From: a virus
DNA length: 64,000 nucleotides
Virus record (IMG/VR): IMGVR_UViG_3300013006_000027
Span: 1-64,000 of that record
Strand: one strand, 5' to 3'
Positions 25,475-34,383 of the stretch are shown piece after piece; position 1 is the first letter of the stretch, and each line of letters opens with the position of its first letter. Made by a program: the position numbers and the translations under genes. Under the pieces are notes generated by a model, which worked only from the letters and a program-made list of their open reading frames with translations, searched no databases and was not told the DNA's origin.

Positions 25475-28069
25475 ATGCCTATACAAACTGATACTATTAA
25501 CCGTAGCCTTTATGATTTACTAACCGTAAGATACGATGATGTAACTCCATTAGATTCCGAAGAAAAAACTACCGCACCTGAAGAAGCCGATATTTTCAGA
25601 TTTACTTTTGAAAAAGATGGTGAATCATATGGTAAGGTATATGTCACCATTGATAATAGTAGAAATCTAGTTCTATATTATGGTGATGAAGTAGAAGATA
25701 GTCCCGATACTAATACTTCGGGAACCGAATTTACTGACAGTTGGTCAGGTTTTAGAAATATGCTTAAGCAGTGGTCACAACGTAAGCAATTAGATTTTGA
25801 ATTGAAAAATAAAAATCACTTAGCTAAAGATATGGCTCAAAGAACATATAATAAAGAAAAAGAAAACTTAGGTGAAAGTTATTATCCAATGGGTAAAAGA
25901 GGTAGCTATAGCGATGCCGTGCCCAATGTTAAGATAATTATTCAACATACTCGCCAAATTGGTGAAGGTGAGCAAAGGTATCGTAATATAGATAAAATAT
26001 TTGTAGAAAACACAATGGGTGAAAGATTTGCTGTGCCAAGCAATAAGCCTGGTATAGCCAAAGTATATGCTAGACATATTGCTGAAGGTGGGTCACCTTA
26101 TGACGATAGAGGTCGTCATATTACTTCACTAGTAGAAGAATATACAAAAATGGCTGGCTTTGTTAGAGCCACTAAAAATAAACAGTTTAATGAATCTACC
26201 AATATATTGATACAAGAGGGTGTTAATCATTATCAGGCATTAAGAGAAACACTAAGCAGAATGATCGGCCGTCGTGGTTATAATGCATACTTTGAATCAT
26301 GGCAACCTATCTTAAGTGAAGAAATTACAGAAGAAGTTAGTCTTAACGAACTATTTGTTCAAGAAACAATTGATCCTAGAATTGAGTCAGTAATGCCAAT
26401 TCTTTCTAAATTATATAAAAAGGTAAGTGAAATGAAAGAAATCAATCAATTAGAAGAGTGGGCTGATAGCATAATAAATGAATACGCAGAAAATGATAAT
26501 ATTGGATATATTCAATTATTACAAAGCAAATTAAAAGCAGGTAAACCACTGACCTCCCAAGAAAAAGAAAAACTTAAAGCATATCTTGCAGCTAAGAATT
26601 TAGGATTAAAAGAAGGTGAAACTTCGTCCAATCCAATGGGAATTCCTGAATCTGAGCTTGATGAAGGCAAGGGAGCTATAAGAAAGTTCTTAGCTGGTTT
26701 AGGAATCGTAGGTGCATTGGGAGCATATATTAGTAGTGAAGATGAAGCCATACTACAAAAAATGGCTGTGAAATATGACCAAGCACAGACTTTGGAACAA
26801 AAAGCACAAATCAAGCGAGACATTGAAAGAGTTACCAAAGGTAGTTTAGTCAAAGAAGAAGATTTAGAAGAAAGCGGGTTACAGGCATATCTTGGTAATA
26901 AGAAATATGGCAAAGAAGGTATGGATGCACTACGCAAAGCAGGTCGTGAACATGTTGGTAAGGAAAAAATGGCAGCTATTCGTGCTAAGTATGACAAACT
27001 AGATGAAGAAGATATGGCAGAAAGTTCACAAAGAGTTGATCGTCTTGTTACTAGAGCGTTAAAAATAATGCGTGGGGGAACAACTGCTGATGCTATAGCA
27101 GCATTAAAAACTGTCCTTGGTGAAATGGAGTATAATGAACGTCCACAATTTTATGATTTCTATATTAGGCAAATGGTTGATATGTACGGCAAGCAAGGTA
27201 TGGCGGAAGATTTAGATGCTAACCAAAAGCGTGTAGGACAATTAGGCCCAACCGAAAAGGTAGGACCTAAGGGCGCAGTTGGTAAACTAGTTGGCGCTAG
27301 TGAAAGTATTAGAGAAGGTCAAGAAGACTTAGATACCATCAAACGATTATTGGGTGAAGGGTTAGCAGGAGAATTTGCAGGTGGCACCCTTGGAGGAGTC
27401 GCTGGCAATCTAGCGGGCACCGCAATTGGCGGACCAATTGGTGGAATTGTCGGAGGCGCAGTAGGTGGTGCCGCCGGCGGAATCGCTGGACGTGAATTAA
27501 CCAAAGAAGACCAACTTAATGAGTTTGCCTTTCTTGCACCTGCATTAGCGGCTGGCGCAAGAGCATTATTACCATTATTATCTCGTGCTGGTCCTGCATT
27601 AGGCCGTATGGCATCTACCGCAGGAAAAGCCGGTGCTGAAGTAGCCGGAAAAGCAGCAACTGGAATTGGTAAAGGTGCTGTAGAACTTGGTAAATCAGCA
27701 GCGCAGTCAACAGCCCAAAATGCAGGTAAAGTTGGTTTAGGTGCCGGCATATACTCAATAGCTGATGAGATTGGTAAATCAATTCCTCAAGGCTTGAATA
27801 AAGTTTATACAGATGCAACACAAGCCACTAGCGCATTAACTAGTATTCTTGGTAATGCACTTGATGGCAAAACTATTGGTGAATTAGGAATGGCAGCCGC
27901 TAAATATGCGATACCGTTGGGTATACTATTAGCCGCACTATACGGTGGTAAGAAAATAATTGACCAAGTAATGTCTGAAGGGGAAGATGATAGTATTATG
28001 GGATCAATCGGTAAAACATTTGAAGGTCAAGAAGACTTAGATACTATCAAACGATTATTGGGTAAATAA
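25475..28069 (+). CDS. large mosaic head-associated protein with C-terminal glycine-zipper/hydrophobic region
   Basis: 864 aa; late promoter; many [LIVM]xE sites; GxxxG repeats; duplicated EGQEDLDTIKRLLG. Confidence 0.7.
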   Translation: MPIQTDTINRSLYDLLTVRYDDVTPLDSEEKTTAPEEADIFRFTFEKDGESYGKVYVTIDNSRNLVLYYGDEVEDSPDTNTSGTEFTDSWSGFRNMLKQWSQRKQLDFELKNKNHLAKDMAQRTYNKEKENLGESYYPMGKRGSYSDAVPNVKIIIQHTRQIGEGEQRYRNIDKIFVENTMGERFAVPSNKPGIAKVYARHIAEGGSPYDDRGRHITSLVEEYTKMAGFVRATKNKQFNESTNILIQEGVNHYQALRETLSRMIGRRGYNAYFESWQPILSEEITEEVSLNELFVQETIDPRIESVMPILSKLYKKVSEMKEINQLEEWADSIINEYAENDNIGYIQLLQSKLKAGKPLTSQEKEKLKAYLAAKNLGLKEGETSSNPMGIPESELDEGKGAIRKFLAGLGIVGALGAYISSEDEAILQKMAVKYDQAQTLEQKAQIKRDIERVTKGSLVKEEDLEESGLQAYLGNKKYGKEGMDALRKAGREHVGKEKMAAIRAKYDKLDEEDMAESSQRVDRLVTRALKIMRGGTTADAIAALKTVLGEMEYNERPQFYDFYIRQMVDMYGKQGMAEDLDANQKRVGQLGPTEKVGPKGAVGKLVGASESIREGQEDLDTIKRLLGEGLAGEFAGGTLGGVAGNLAGTAIGGPIGGIVGGAVGGAAGGIAGRELTKEDQLNEFAFLAPALAAGARALLPLLSRAGPALGRMASTAGKAGAEVAGKAATGIGKGAVELGKSAAQSTAQNAGKVGLGAGIYSIADEIGKSIPQGLNKVYTDATQATSALTSILGNALDGKTIGELGMAAAKYAIPLGILLAALYGGKKIIDQVMSEGEDDSIMGSIGKTFEGQEDLDTIKRLLGK
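27314..28063 (+). repeat. 42-bp direct repeats (27314-27355 and 28022-28063) flanking an in-frame module
   Basis: gaaggtcaagaagacttagatac(c/t)atcaaacgattattgggt, one mismatch, 708-bp period. Confidence 0.9.
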
Positions 28070-28077
28070 ACTTCTAA

Positions 28078-28102
28078 AAAACCGCACAAAAAAGTGCGGT
28101 TT
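28078..28102 (+). terminator. hairpin, putative terminator
   Basis: aaaccgcac-aaaaaa-gtgcggttt. Confidence 0.6.
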
Positions 28103-28124
28103 CCCATATATGGGATAAATATAC

Positions 28125-28153
28125 TTGACGGATCGCTGTAAGTAGTTTATACT
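28125..28153 (+). promoter_or_regulatory. sigma70-type promoter for SSB, with late core GATAAATA just upstream
   Basis: TTGACG-17-TATACT. Confidence 0.7.
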
Positions 28154-28226
28154 TACGATTCGTTAGTCACTCATGGTGAGTGGCGAATATTAAACAGAGA
28201 CCATCTCAATTTTAAGGAAAAATATC

Positions 28227-29204
28227 ATGGCATCACTCGCAGAAATCCGCGCTCGTATTGCAGCGCAAGACACAAAAGCACAACGCACCCCCGGTGCTCA
28301 ATCTGATAACTCAATCTACGCTCATTGGAACGCAGAAGAAGGTACAACCGCTACCGTTCGTTTCCTACCAGATGCGAATCCTTCAAATACGTTCTTTTGG
28401 GTAGAACGTCAAATTATTAAACTTGCCTTCAATGGTGTAAAAGGTAGTACCGATTCTAAACGTGTTGAAGTTCAAGTACCATGTCTAGAAATGTACGGTG
28501 ACAGTTGCCCTATTCTAGCAGAGATTCGTCCATGGTATAAGGATGAAACTCTTAAAGAAATGGCTAACAAGTATTGGAAAAAACGTAGTTACTTGTTCCA
28601 AGGTTTTGTACGTCAAAACCCAATTGGTGATGACAAGGTTCCCGCGAATCCTATTCGTCGGTTCGTCATTAGCCCACAAATCTTTACCATCATCAAATCT
28701 AGTTTGATGGATCCTGAAATGGAAGAATTGCCCACTGACTATATGCGCGGTCTTGATTTTAACATCAAGAAAGCTAGTAAAGGTGGCTATGCTGACTACT
28801 CAACTTCTAACTGGGCACGTAAAGAAAGCGCACTAACTCAGGCTGAACAAGATGCTATTGAAGCACATGGTCTTTTCAATCTTACTGAGTTCTTGCCTAA
28901 AAAGCCAAATGAAGCCGAGTTGCGTATCATCAAAGAAATGTTTGATGCTTCAGTAGATGGTCAACCATACGACAATGATCGTTGGGGATCATACTATCGT
29001 CCATATGGGCTAGAAGCACCTACAGGTAATGGTAGTCAAGCAGTTGCTACTGAGGTTAAGGTTAATAATAAACCCGTAGAAGCTATGGAAGAAGATGACC
29101 CTATTGCTTCGGCTGAGCCTATTTCAATTCCTAAAGCACCAGCTGGTGATAAGGCACAAGACATTCTAGCAATGATTCGTGCCCGTCAGAATAAGCCCGC
29201 TTAA
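28227..29204 (+). CDS. single-stranded DNA-binding protein (T4 gp32-like)
   Basis: A.VRFLP, C.E.YGDSCPI, KGGYADYSTSNW, acidic C-terminal region. Confidence 0.9.
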   Translation: MASLAEIRARIAAQDTKAQRTPGAQSDNSIYAHWNAEEGTTATVRFLPDANPSNTFFWVERQIIKLAFNGVKGSTDSKRVEVQVPCLEMYGDSCPILAEIRPWYKDETLKEMANKYWKKRSYLFQGFVRQNPIGDDKVPANPIRRFVISPQIFTIIKSSLMDPEMEELPTDYMRGLDFNIKKASKGGYADYSTSNWARKESALTQAEQDAIEAHGLFNLTEFLPKKPNEAELRIIKEMFDASVDGQPYDNDRWGSYYRPYGLEAPTGNGSQAVATEVKVNNKPVEAMEEDDPIASAEPISIPKAPAGDKAQDILAMIRARQNKPA

Positions 29205-29211
29205 GTAGAGA

Positions 29212-29233
29212 AGGGAGGGTATATACCCTCCCT
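29212..29233 (+). terminator. hairpin after ssb
   Basis: agggagggt-atat-accctccct; no U tract. Confidence 0.55.
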
Positions 29234-29248
29234 ATACAGGAGAACAAT

Positions 29249-29479
29249 ATGACATTACCAGACGAAAGATATCGTGCCTTAAAGCAGGGTAAAAAACTAT
29301 TAGAAGAACTATGTGATCCGGGTCGTACTCCTCGTGTCCCTAGTTTAGTACGGGATAAGGCTAGAACAGCACTTAGGCATTTTCCCAGTGATTATGAAAT
29401 TGACCGAATGGCTGATCAATGTCCAGAGATACTTGATAATCAACCATTTAGTATGTATAATGTTGGATTAAACAGATAA
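29249..29479 (+). CDS. hypothetical protein
   Basis: AGGAG RBS; MTLPDERYRA...TPRVP...LRHFP. Confidence 0.8.
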   Translation: MTLPDERYRALKQGKKLLEELCDPGRTPRVPSLVRDKARTALRHFPSDYEIDRMADQCPEILDNQPFSMYNVGLNR

Positions 29480-29493
29480 TAAGGAAAACTATT

Positions 29494-29685
29494 ATGTCAA
29501 AATTAAGCAAATTAGATAAAGTAAATGAATCAATCACTATCAATCGTTATGACAATGGTTGGATGGTTGAAGTAGGCGGTCGTAATGATGAAAGCGATTG
29601 GAAGAACTGTAAGATTGTATGTAATTCAGAAGAGGAAGTTCTTAACGTAGTTAAAGAATGGAATACAATGGATTTGGACAGTTAA
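29494..29685 (+). CDS. hypothetical protein
   Basis: AAGGA RBS, 63 aa. Confidence 0.75.
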   Translation: MSKLSKLDKVNESITINRYDNGWMVEVGGRNDESDWKNCKIVCNSEEEVLNVVKEWNTMDLDS

Positions 29686-29686
29686 A

Positions 29687-30754
29687 ATGACCAAACCATT
29701 TGATATAAGTAAATTTCGCCGTGACATTACTAAATCTATTGAGGGACTTAGTATCGGGTTCAATGATCCCACTGATTGGATATCTACAGGTAATTTCGCC
29801 CTCAATTATCTTATATCCGGTGATTTTAATAAAGGCGTACCTCTTGGTAAGGTTACTGTCTTTGCCGGAGAATCAGGAGCAGGAAAATCATTCATTTGTT
29901 CAGGAAACCTAGTACGCCATGCACAACAACAGGGTATTTTCGTAGTATTGATTGATACAGAAAATGCCCTTGATGAAAAATGGCTACATGCTTTGGGTGT
30001 ATCTACAGAAGAAGATAAGCTGTTGAAGTTAAATATGGCTATGATTGATGATGTGGGTAAAACTATATCAGAATTTATGAAGACATATAAAGTACTACCT
30101 GAAACTGATAAACCAAAGGTTTTGTTTGTACTTGATAGCTTGGGTATGTTGCTAACTCCCACTGACGTTAATCAATTTGAAGCAGGTGACATGAAAGGTG
30201 ATATGGGTCGTAAGCCCAAAGCATTAACAGCACTTGTGCGTAATTGTGTTAACATGTTTGGTAGTCATAATGTAGGATTAGTTGCTACTAATCATACATA
30301 TGCTAGTCAGGACATGTTTGACCCAGATGATAAAATTTCAGGTGGTCAAGGCTTTGTGTATGCGTCAAGCATTGTTGTTGCTATGAAAAAACTCAAACTC
30401 AAAGAAGACGAGGATGGTAATAAGATTAGTGAGGTACGTGGTATTCGGTCGGCATGTAAGATTATGAAAACTCGTTATGCCAAACCTTTTGAAAGTGTTC
30501 AAGTTAAAATCCCTTATGAAACGGGAATGAGCCCCTATTCAGGTCTACTTGATATGATTGAAAAGGCTGAACTTGTTAAGAAAGAAGGTAACAGTCTTGT
30601 TTACACTACCCTTGATGGAGAAATCATTAAGAAGTTTCGTAAAGCATGGGAAGCAAATGCTGATGGTTGCCTAGATAAAGTAATGACCGAATATAGCCAA
30701 AAAACAACTCGTAAGATAAGTAATGTATTACCTGAGGAGGAAAATGCAGAATGA
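29687..30754 (+). CDS. uvsX: RecA/UvsX recombinase
   Basis: GESGAGKS, IDTENA, VLDSLG, TNHTY, ISGG.G..YASS. Confidence 0.93.
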   Translation: MTKPFDISKFRRDITKSIEGLSIGFNDPTDWISTGNFALNYLISGDFNKGVPLGKVTVFAGESGAGKSFICSGNLVRHAQQQGIFVVLIDTENALDEKWLHALGVSTEEDKLLKLNMAMIDDVGKTISEFMKTYKVLPETDKPKVLFVLDSLGMLLTPTDVNQFEAGDMKGDMGRKPKALTALVRNCVNMFGSHNVGLVATNHTYASQDMFDPDDKISGGQGFVYASSIVVAMKKLKLKEDEDGNKISEVRGIRSACKIMKTRYAKPFESVQVKIPYETGMSPYSGLLDMIEKAELVKKEGNSLVYTTLDGEIIKKFRKAWEANADGCLDKVMTEYSQKTTRKISNVLPEEENAE

Positions 30755-31002
30755 GTCTAGATATTATTTCATCCGTTTGGGATGCATTGAGTACACACAT
30801 TGATTTAAATGAACGCAAGTATGCGGCAGAAACTCTTGTTGATTTTTTAATTGACAATGATTTTCAACCAAATGAAATTTTAGAACACTTTCAGGGTGAT
30901 ACTGAAATGACCCATGCAATCAAAGGTTGGGTCGATCAATATGGTGATGATGATTTTGATTTTGATGACGTAGAAGACGCAGATACAGACGATTGGGATT
31001 AA
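30751..31002 (+). CDS. acidic hypothetical protein
   Basis: 83 aa, Asp-rich tail, GAGGAGG RBS. Confidence 0.75.
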   Translation: MSLDIISSVWDALSTHIDLNERKYAAETLVDFLIDNDFQPNEILEHFQGDTEMTHAIKGWVDQYGDDDFDFDDVEDADTDDWD

Positions 31003-31461
31003 ATGGCAAATTGGTACACACGAATCTCACAAGACTTATCCGTCATACCTGATTTCATAACGTACTACGAATTAGAACTAGTTACTTCTAAAAAAGAGGT
31101 AACAATATACGGCAATGTTGAAAAAAACATTGCCGGCTTACCCGGTATCACTGAAAAACATTTTTCTAACTTACAAGAAATTGAGGCAATATTAAATTAT
31201 CTCAATATTCAATTAAGAAAGATTCGTAGAAAACATTTTCAAAAATATTTGGAGGCATATAATCGGGCTTTAACAAGCCGTGATGCTGAAAAATATGTTG
31301 ATGGTGAAGATGAAGTTATTGATTTTGAAACAATAATTAATGAAGTAGCCTTGATTAGAAATAGATATTTAGGAATCATGAAGGCATTGGAGAGCAAGAA
31401 CTTTATGTTAGGTCATCTAGTTAGATTAAAAACAGCGGGGATGGAAGATTTTACTATCTAA
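31003..31461 (+). CDS. uvsY: UvsY-like recombination mediator
   Basis: 152-aa helical protein after uvsX; AEKYVDGE, IMKALESKNF, TAG near C-terminus. Confidence 0.75.
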   Translation: MANWYTRISQDLSVIPDFITYYELELVTSKKEVTIYGNVEKNIAGLPGITEKHFSNLQEIEAILNYLNIQLRKIRRKHFQKYLEAYNRALTSRDAEKYVDGEDEVIDFETIINEVALIRNRYLGIMKALESKNFMLGHLVRLKTAGMEDFTI

Positions 31462-32179
31462 CGCAATTTGGTCCGTGACCATGCCTGCCGAAATTTGATG
31501 AATCCAAAGTTTTACCACATTTCTCACAGGTCTTTTTTAATCTTGGCGGATGTTTCTTTGTCTTTTTAATAAGCCCTGTGAATATTTTACAATTTTCGCC
31601 GTGCGATCTGTTATAGTTAGCACTATCCATAACGTTATTACAATGGATACAGGTAATTTTTTTCTGAGAACAGTGTAAACCTCTTTCTATTTGTTCTAGA
31701 ACATGTTTTTTATGAAATTCTTTGTTTTGTAAAATCCATGAACCTTCTTTAATTTTTTGTTGGATTATTTTGTCTCGTTCTTTGTTAGCCTTAGTTAAGT
31801 TTTCTTTATTTTGAAAACCTAAAATACCTTTTTGTGCTCTCGCCTGGCTGGACCTTTTTTGAATTTCTCCACCCAATAAATGATGCGTCCCATTAAGAAC
31901 TCTCAGCTTATTTTGTTGTCTATTCAACCTCGTAAGTGTTTCAGGATCTACACCAAGTTTTCTACCAATTAATACACAGGCAGCGTAATCTTTTTGAAAA
32001 AGATGTATATCGTAATGTTCTTGTAAAGTGACCGCTATTAAATTAATTGGATCATTATTATTATGATTCCCATCTACATGATGAATTTCATAACTTCTTC
32101 CGTTTGGTTCTTTTGGAATTTTACCGTAATGATTTTCATAAATCCTACGGTGTTTGTTAGTACCGCAATAAATACACAT
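31454..32179 (-). CDS. HNH homing endonuclease with C-terminal Zn-ribbon repeats
   Basis: YEIHHVDGNHNNNDPINLIAVTLQEHYDIH; two CxxC...H...C motifs; GAGGAG RBS places start at 32179. Confidence 0.9.
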   Translation of the reverse strand: MCIYCGTNKHRRIYENHYGKIPKEPNGRSYEIHHVDGNHNNNDPINLIAVTLQEHYDIHLFQKDYAACVLIGRKLGVDPETLTRLNRQQNKLRVLNGTHHLLGGEIQKRSSQARAQKGILGFQNKENLTKANKERDKIIQQKIKEGSWILQNKEFHKKHVLEQIERGLHCSQKKITCIHCNNVMDSANYNRSHGENCKIFTGLIKKTKKHPPRLKKTCEKCGKTLDSSNFGRHGHGPNCVR

Positions 32180-32246
32180 GCTGATGCTCCTCAATAGCGT
32201 TAGAGTAGTTGGGAATCCCCATTCCGCGAACTACACTTTTATTTAT
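32168..32246 (+). ncRNA. candidate structured cis-antisense RNA / endonuclease leader, copy 1
   Basis: ATAAATA-NN-CAT-G-CTGATGCT-loop-AGCGTTAG-A-GTAGTT-GGGAAT-loop-ATTCC-GCG-AACTAC-ACTTTTATTTAT; covaries with copy at 50248-50327. Confidence 0.65.
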
Positions 32247-32334
32247 CCCGTTTAACTTGTATATTTGATTGTTATGTGCTATTCTTAACAATCATTAAAC
32301 AGCCGGCATGGAAGATATTCAAATAGGATAAAAT

Positions 32335-33207
32335 ATGTCAAATAATATTAATAAAGGGTATTCAACCCAAAATACAATGTGGAATCAACAAATACAACAA
32401 ATAACACCCCTAACTACTGCTCAAATTAGCAATATGACTGCAAGTTATAATCTTGCTAATGCTGTTAATTATCCCAGTATATCCTCTATTAATTTGAATG
32501 ACATTATAAAATCAACAACTGGTTATCATGATGGCAAGTACATTAAAACTTATCAAATTATTGAGGCTGCTGAAGATTTGTTGGTGTTAAGTGTAGCCCA
32601 TAAAAGATTATTGAGTGAAAAGATTTCAGCACTTGCAAAATCATTTGCATTTAGAAATATTCTGGATTCAGTTGTTTTTGAAAATTTAAACGATAATGAC
32701 CGAGAAATCGCTAACTCTATTAGAAAATATTATAGCCAACAAATAATAATGTGGGCGCTTAAAGGAATTAAATTAACAGCATTTAGAGAAGATTTAAAAA
32801 CTTATATTAATGGTGAAGGTAATAAATTTGTAGAAAATACTATTCCATTAGTAACTAAATTGCCTTATTTTTATGATTATGATATTAAATTAGATGAAAT
32901 AAAAAGAGAGTTTACTACAGATACCGAAAGGTTTAATCTTGCTACCAATAATCCTAGTAAGCGAAGTTTCATTTTAACTCCGATTAAATCACTATCTCGT
33001 AAAACTAAAAGAGTAAAGTGTATTGAATATTGGTTGAAAGATAATCATAATCAAGCCTATAAAATAGAAATTGAACATAATAATACTTTACAACACTTAT
33101 GGGATAAAACTTTTAATTCTAGTAAATTAGAAATATTGGGTTACATTAAAGTAAAACGTTTAGATGATTTAAATTATTTTCATATATTTGGTTGGGAAGT
33201 GTTGTAA
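32335..33207 (+). CDS. hypothetical protein
   Basis: 290-aa AT-rich ORF; upstream TTGTAT-17-TATTCT at 32257-32285. Confidence 0.75.
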   Translation: MSNNINKGYSTQNTMWNQQIQQITPLTTAQISNMTASYNLANAVNYPSISSINLNDIIKSTTGYHDGKYIKTYQIIEAAEDLLVLSVAHKRLLSEKISALAKSFAFRNILDSVVFENLNDNDREIANSIRKYYSQQIIMWALKGIKLTAFREDLKTYINGEGNKFVENTIPLVTKLPYFYDYDIKLDEIKREFTTDTERFNLATNNPSKRSFILTPIKSLSRKTKRVKCIEYWLKDNHNQAYKIEIEHNNTLQHLWDKTFNSSKLEILGYIKVKRLDDLNYFHIFGWEVL

Positions 33208-33281
33208 TTTTACTACATCTTGGAAAGTTGACAATAAATGGGCAAGGATGTATAATGAAATTATACGCTAAGAAAACGGAG
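33200..33281 (+). promoter_or_regulatory. repeated early promoter/RBS module with upstream palindrome
   Basis: TGTTG-N8-CTACA, 10 nt, TTGACA-ATAAAT..-TATAAT (33228-33256), then AGAAAACGGAG. Confidence 0.85.
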
Positions 33282-33287
33282 AAGCAA

Positions 33288-33497
33288 ATGGAATTTGAAG
33301 CTACAGTCATTAATACTATTAAACCAATACTAGGCTCAAAAGAATTGGTAGATTTTAGCTATGGCACATTGTTCGTAACCTGTGCCGAAGAGAAAGCCCG
33401 TTGTATTTTTCACACACTTTGTGACAATTTTGGCGGAGTCAACAAAGTCCGCATCAGCAAATGTGGTGAGGAATTTGCCTACGATTTTGTCGCTTGA
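33288..33497 (+). CDS. small early hypothetical protein
   Basis: Start trimmed to ATG after CGGAG; TGA lies inside next TTGACA. Confidence 0.7.
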   Translation: MEFEATVINTIKPILGSKELVDFSYGTLFVTCAEEKARCIFHTLCDNFGGVNKVRISKCGEEFAYDFVA

Positions 33498-33522
33498 CAA
33501 TAAATGGATTTGGATCTATAAT
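33494..33522 (+). promoter_or_regulatory. repeated early promoter
   Basis: TTGACA-ATAAATGGATTTGGATC-TATAAT. Confidence 0.85.
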
Positions 33523-33552
33523 ACTTGTATTGAATCAACAAAAGGTCACAAA

Positions 33553-33753
33553 ATGACACAGTTTATTGCTAAAGGTTACATTGAAAACGGTGACTCAGCC
33601 ATTCTTTGGAGAATGGCCGACTACCACTATCAACTGGAAGTTGGGTTTGGAACACCTAGACAACGGTCCATTGATTTGACGGATACCGAGTACTACGATG
33701 CTTATTGTATGTTGCAGGCAATTTGTATGGATAAAGTGGAAGTTGTTGCGTAA
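33553..33753 (+). CDS. small early hypothetical protein
   Basis: AAAGG RBS; MTQFIAKGYIENG. Confidence 0.7.
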   Translation: MTQFIAKGYIENGDSAILWRMADYHYQLEVGFGTPRQRSIDLTDTEYYDAYCMLQAICMDKVEVVA

Positions 33754-33800
33754 AAACAACATTACCAAAGGTTGACAATAAATCAGGTTCCCTGTATAAT
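33744..33800 (+). promoter_or_regulatory. repeated early promoter with upstream palindrome
   Basis: TGTTG-N8-CAACA (33744-33761), 10 nt, TTGACA-ATAAAT..-TATAAT (33772-33800). Confidence 0.85.
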
Positions 33801-33833
33801 AGAATCTTAGACAGTTAAACAACGGAGTTCAAA

Positions 33834-34091
33834 ATGCGTACACCAACTATCATCAACGGTCTGAAAAACTCTCAAAAATTCCGTGTGATTTTCAAGGGCG
33901 ATGGCTCTGAAAATGACATTGGTATGTACATGACGGTCAAGCAAATGTCCGAAATGTTTGCTACGACCAATGCCCGATCATTGTGTTATGAAGCCCTTGA
34001 GATGTTGGCTTCTGAGCGCCAATCTACAAAAGCCATTGTAGGGCTTGGTACTACAATCCGTGGTAAGCAAATTCAAATTGATTTGATTTAA
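33834..34091 (+). CDS. small early hypothetical protein
   Basis: CGGAG RBS, 85 aa. Confidence 0.75.
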   Translation: MRTPTIINGLKNSQKFRVIFKGDGSENDIGMYMTVKQMSEMFATTNARSLCYEALEMLASERQSTKAIVGLGTTIRGKQIQIDLI

Positions 34092-34102
34092 AAGGAAATA
34101 TA

Positions 34103-34375
34103 ATGAGTAGATTAGCGTTTATTGGCCGACCGTGGGTAGCGTTTGACGCAACAGATTTGCAACACCGAGCTTGGTTCGCAGAGTTTCGAAAATTAGGCAC
34201 TTGGGGAAAGTGTCCTGTGCGATTCATCATTCCAGATGAACACGGTGATCTTATCACTATGATCCAACGACGCTTGATTGATTATTATGTGGGTAAAGAA
34301 TTTGAACCAATTAATGTAACTTCAGCTCCGTTGACCTATAGTCCATTTGATACACCTAAGGCCGTAAATAATTAG
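34103..34375 (+). CDS. hypothetical protein
   Basis: AAGGA RBS; RPWVAFD...HR......TWGKCPVRF. Confidence 0.75.
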   Translation: MSRLAFIGRPWVAFDATDLQHRAWFAEFRKLGTWGKCPVRFIIPDEHGDLITMIQRRLIDYYVGKEFEPINVTSAPLTYSPFDTPKAVNN

Positions 34376-34383
34376 GCTTATTA

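Larger units (their letters stand above)
31430..32331 (-). mobile_element. free-standing homing-endonuclease insertion with duplicated uvsY 3' end
   Basis: aaacagcggggatggaagat (31430-31449) vs aaacagccggcatggaagat (32297-32316) bracket the HNH gene; the downstream copy encodes TAGMEDIQIG*. Confidence 0.8.

Noticed and set aside
32180-32246. Hammerhead ribozyme suggested by CTGATG
   Set aside because: CUGAUGA and GAAA core elements are missing in both copies.
31454-32246. IscB/HEARO (OMEGA) system
   Set aside because: The protein has no PLMP or RuvC motifs, and the same leader also precedes a GIY-YIG gene.
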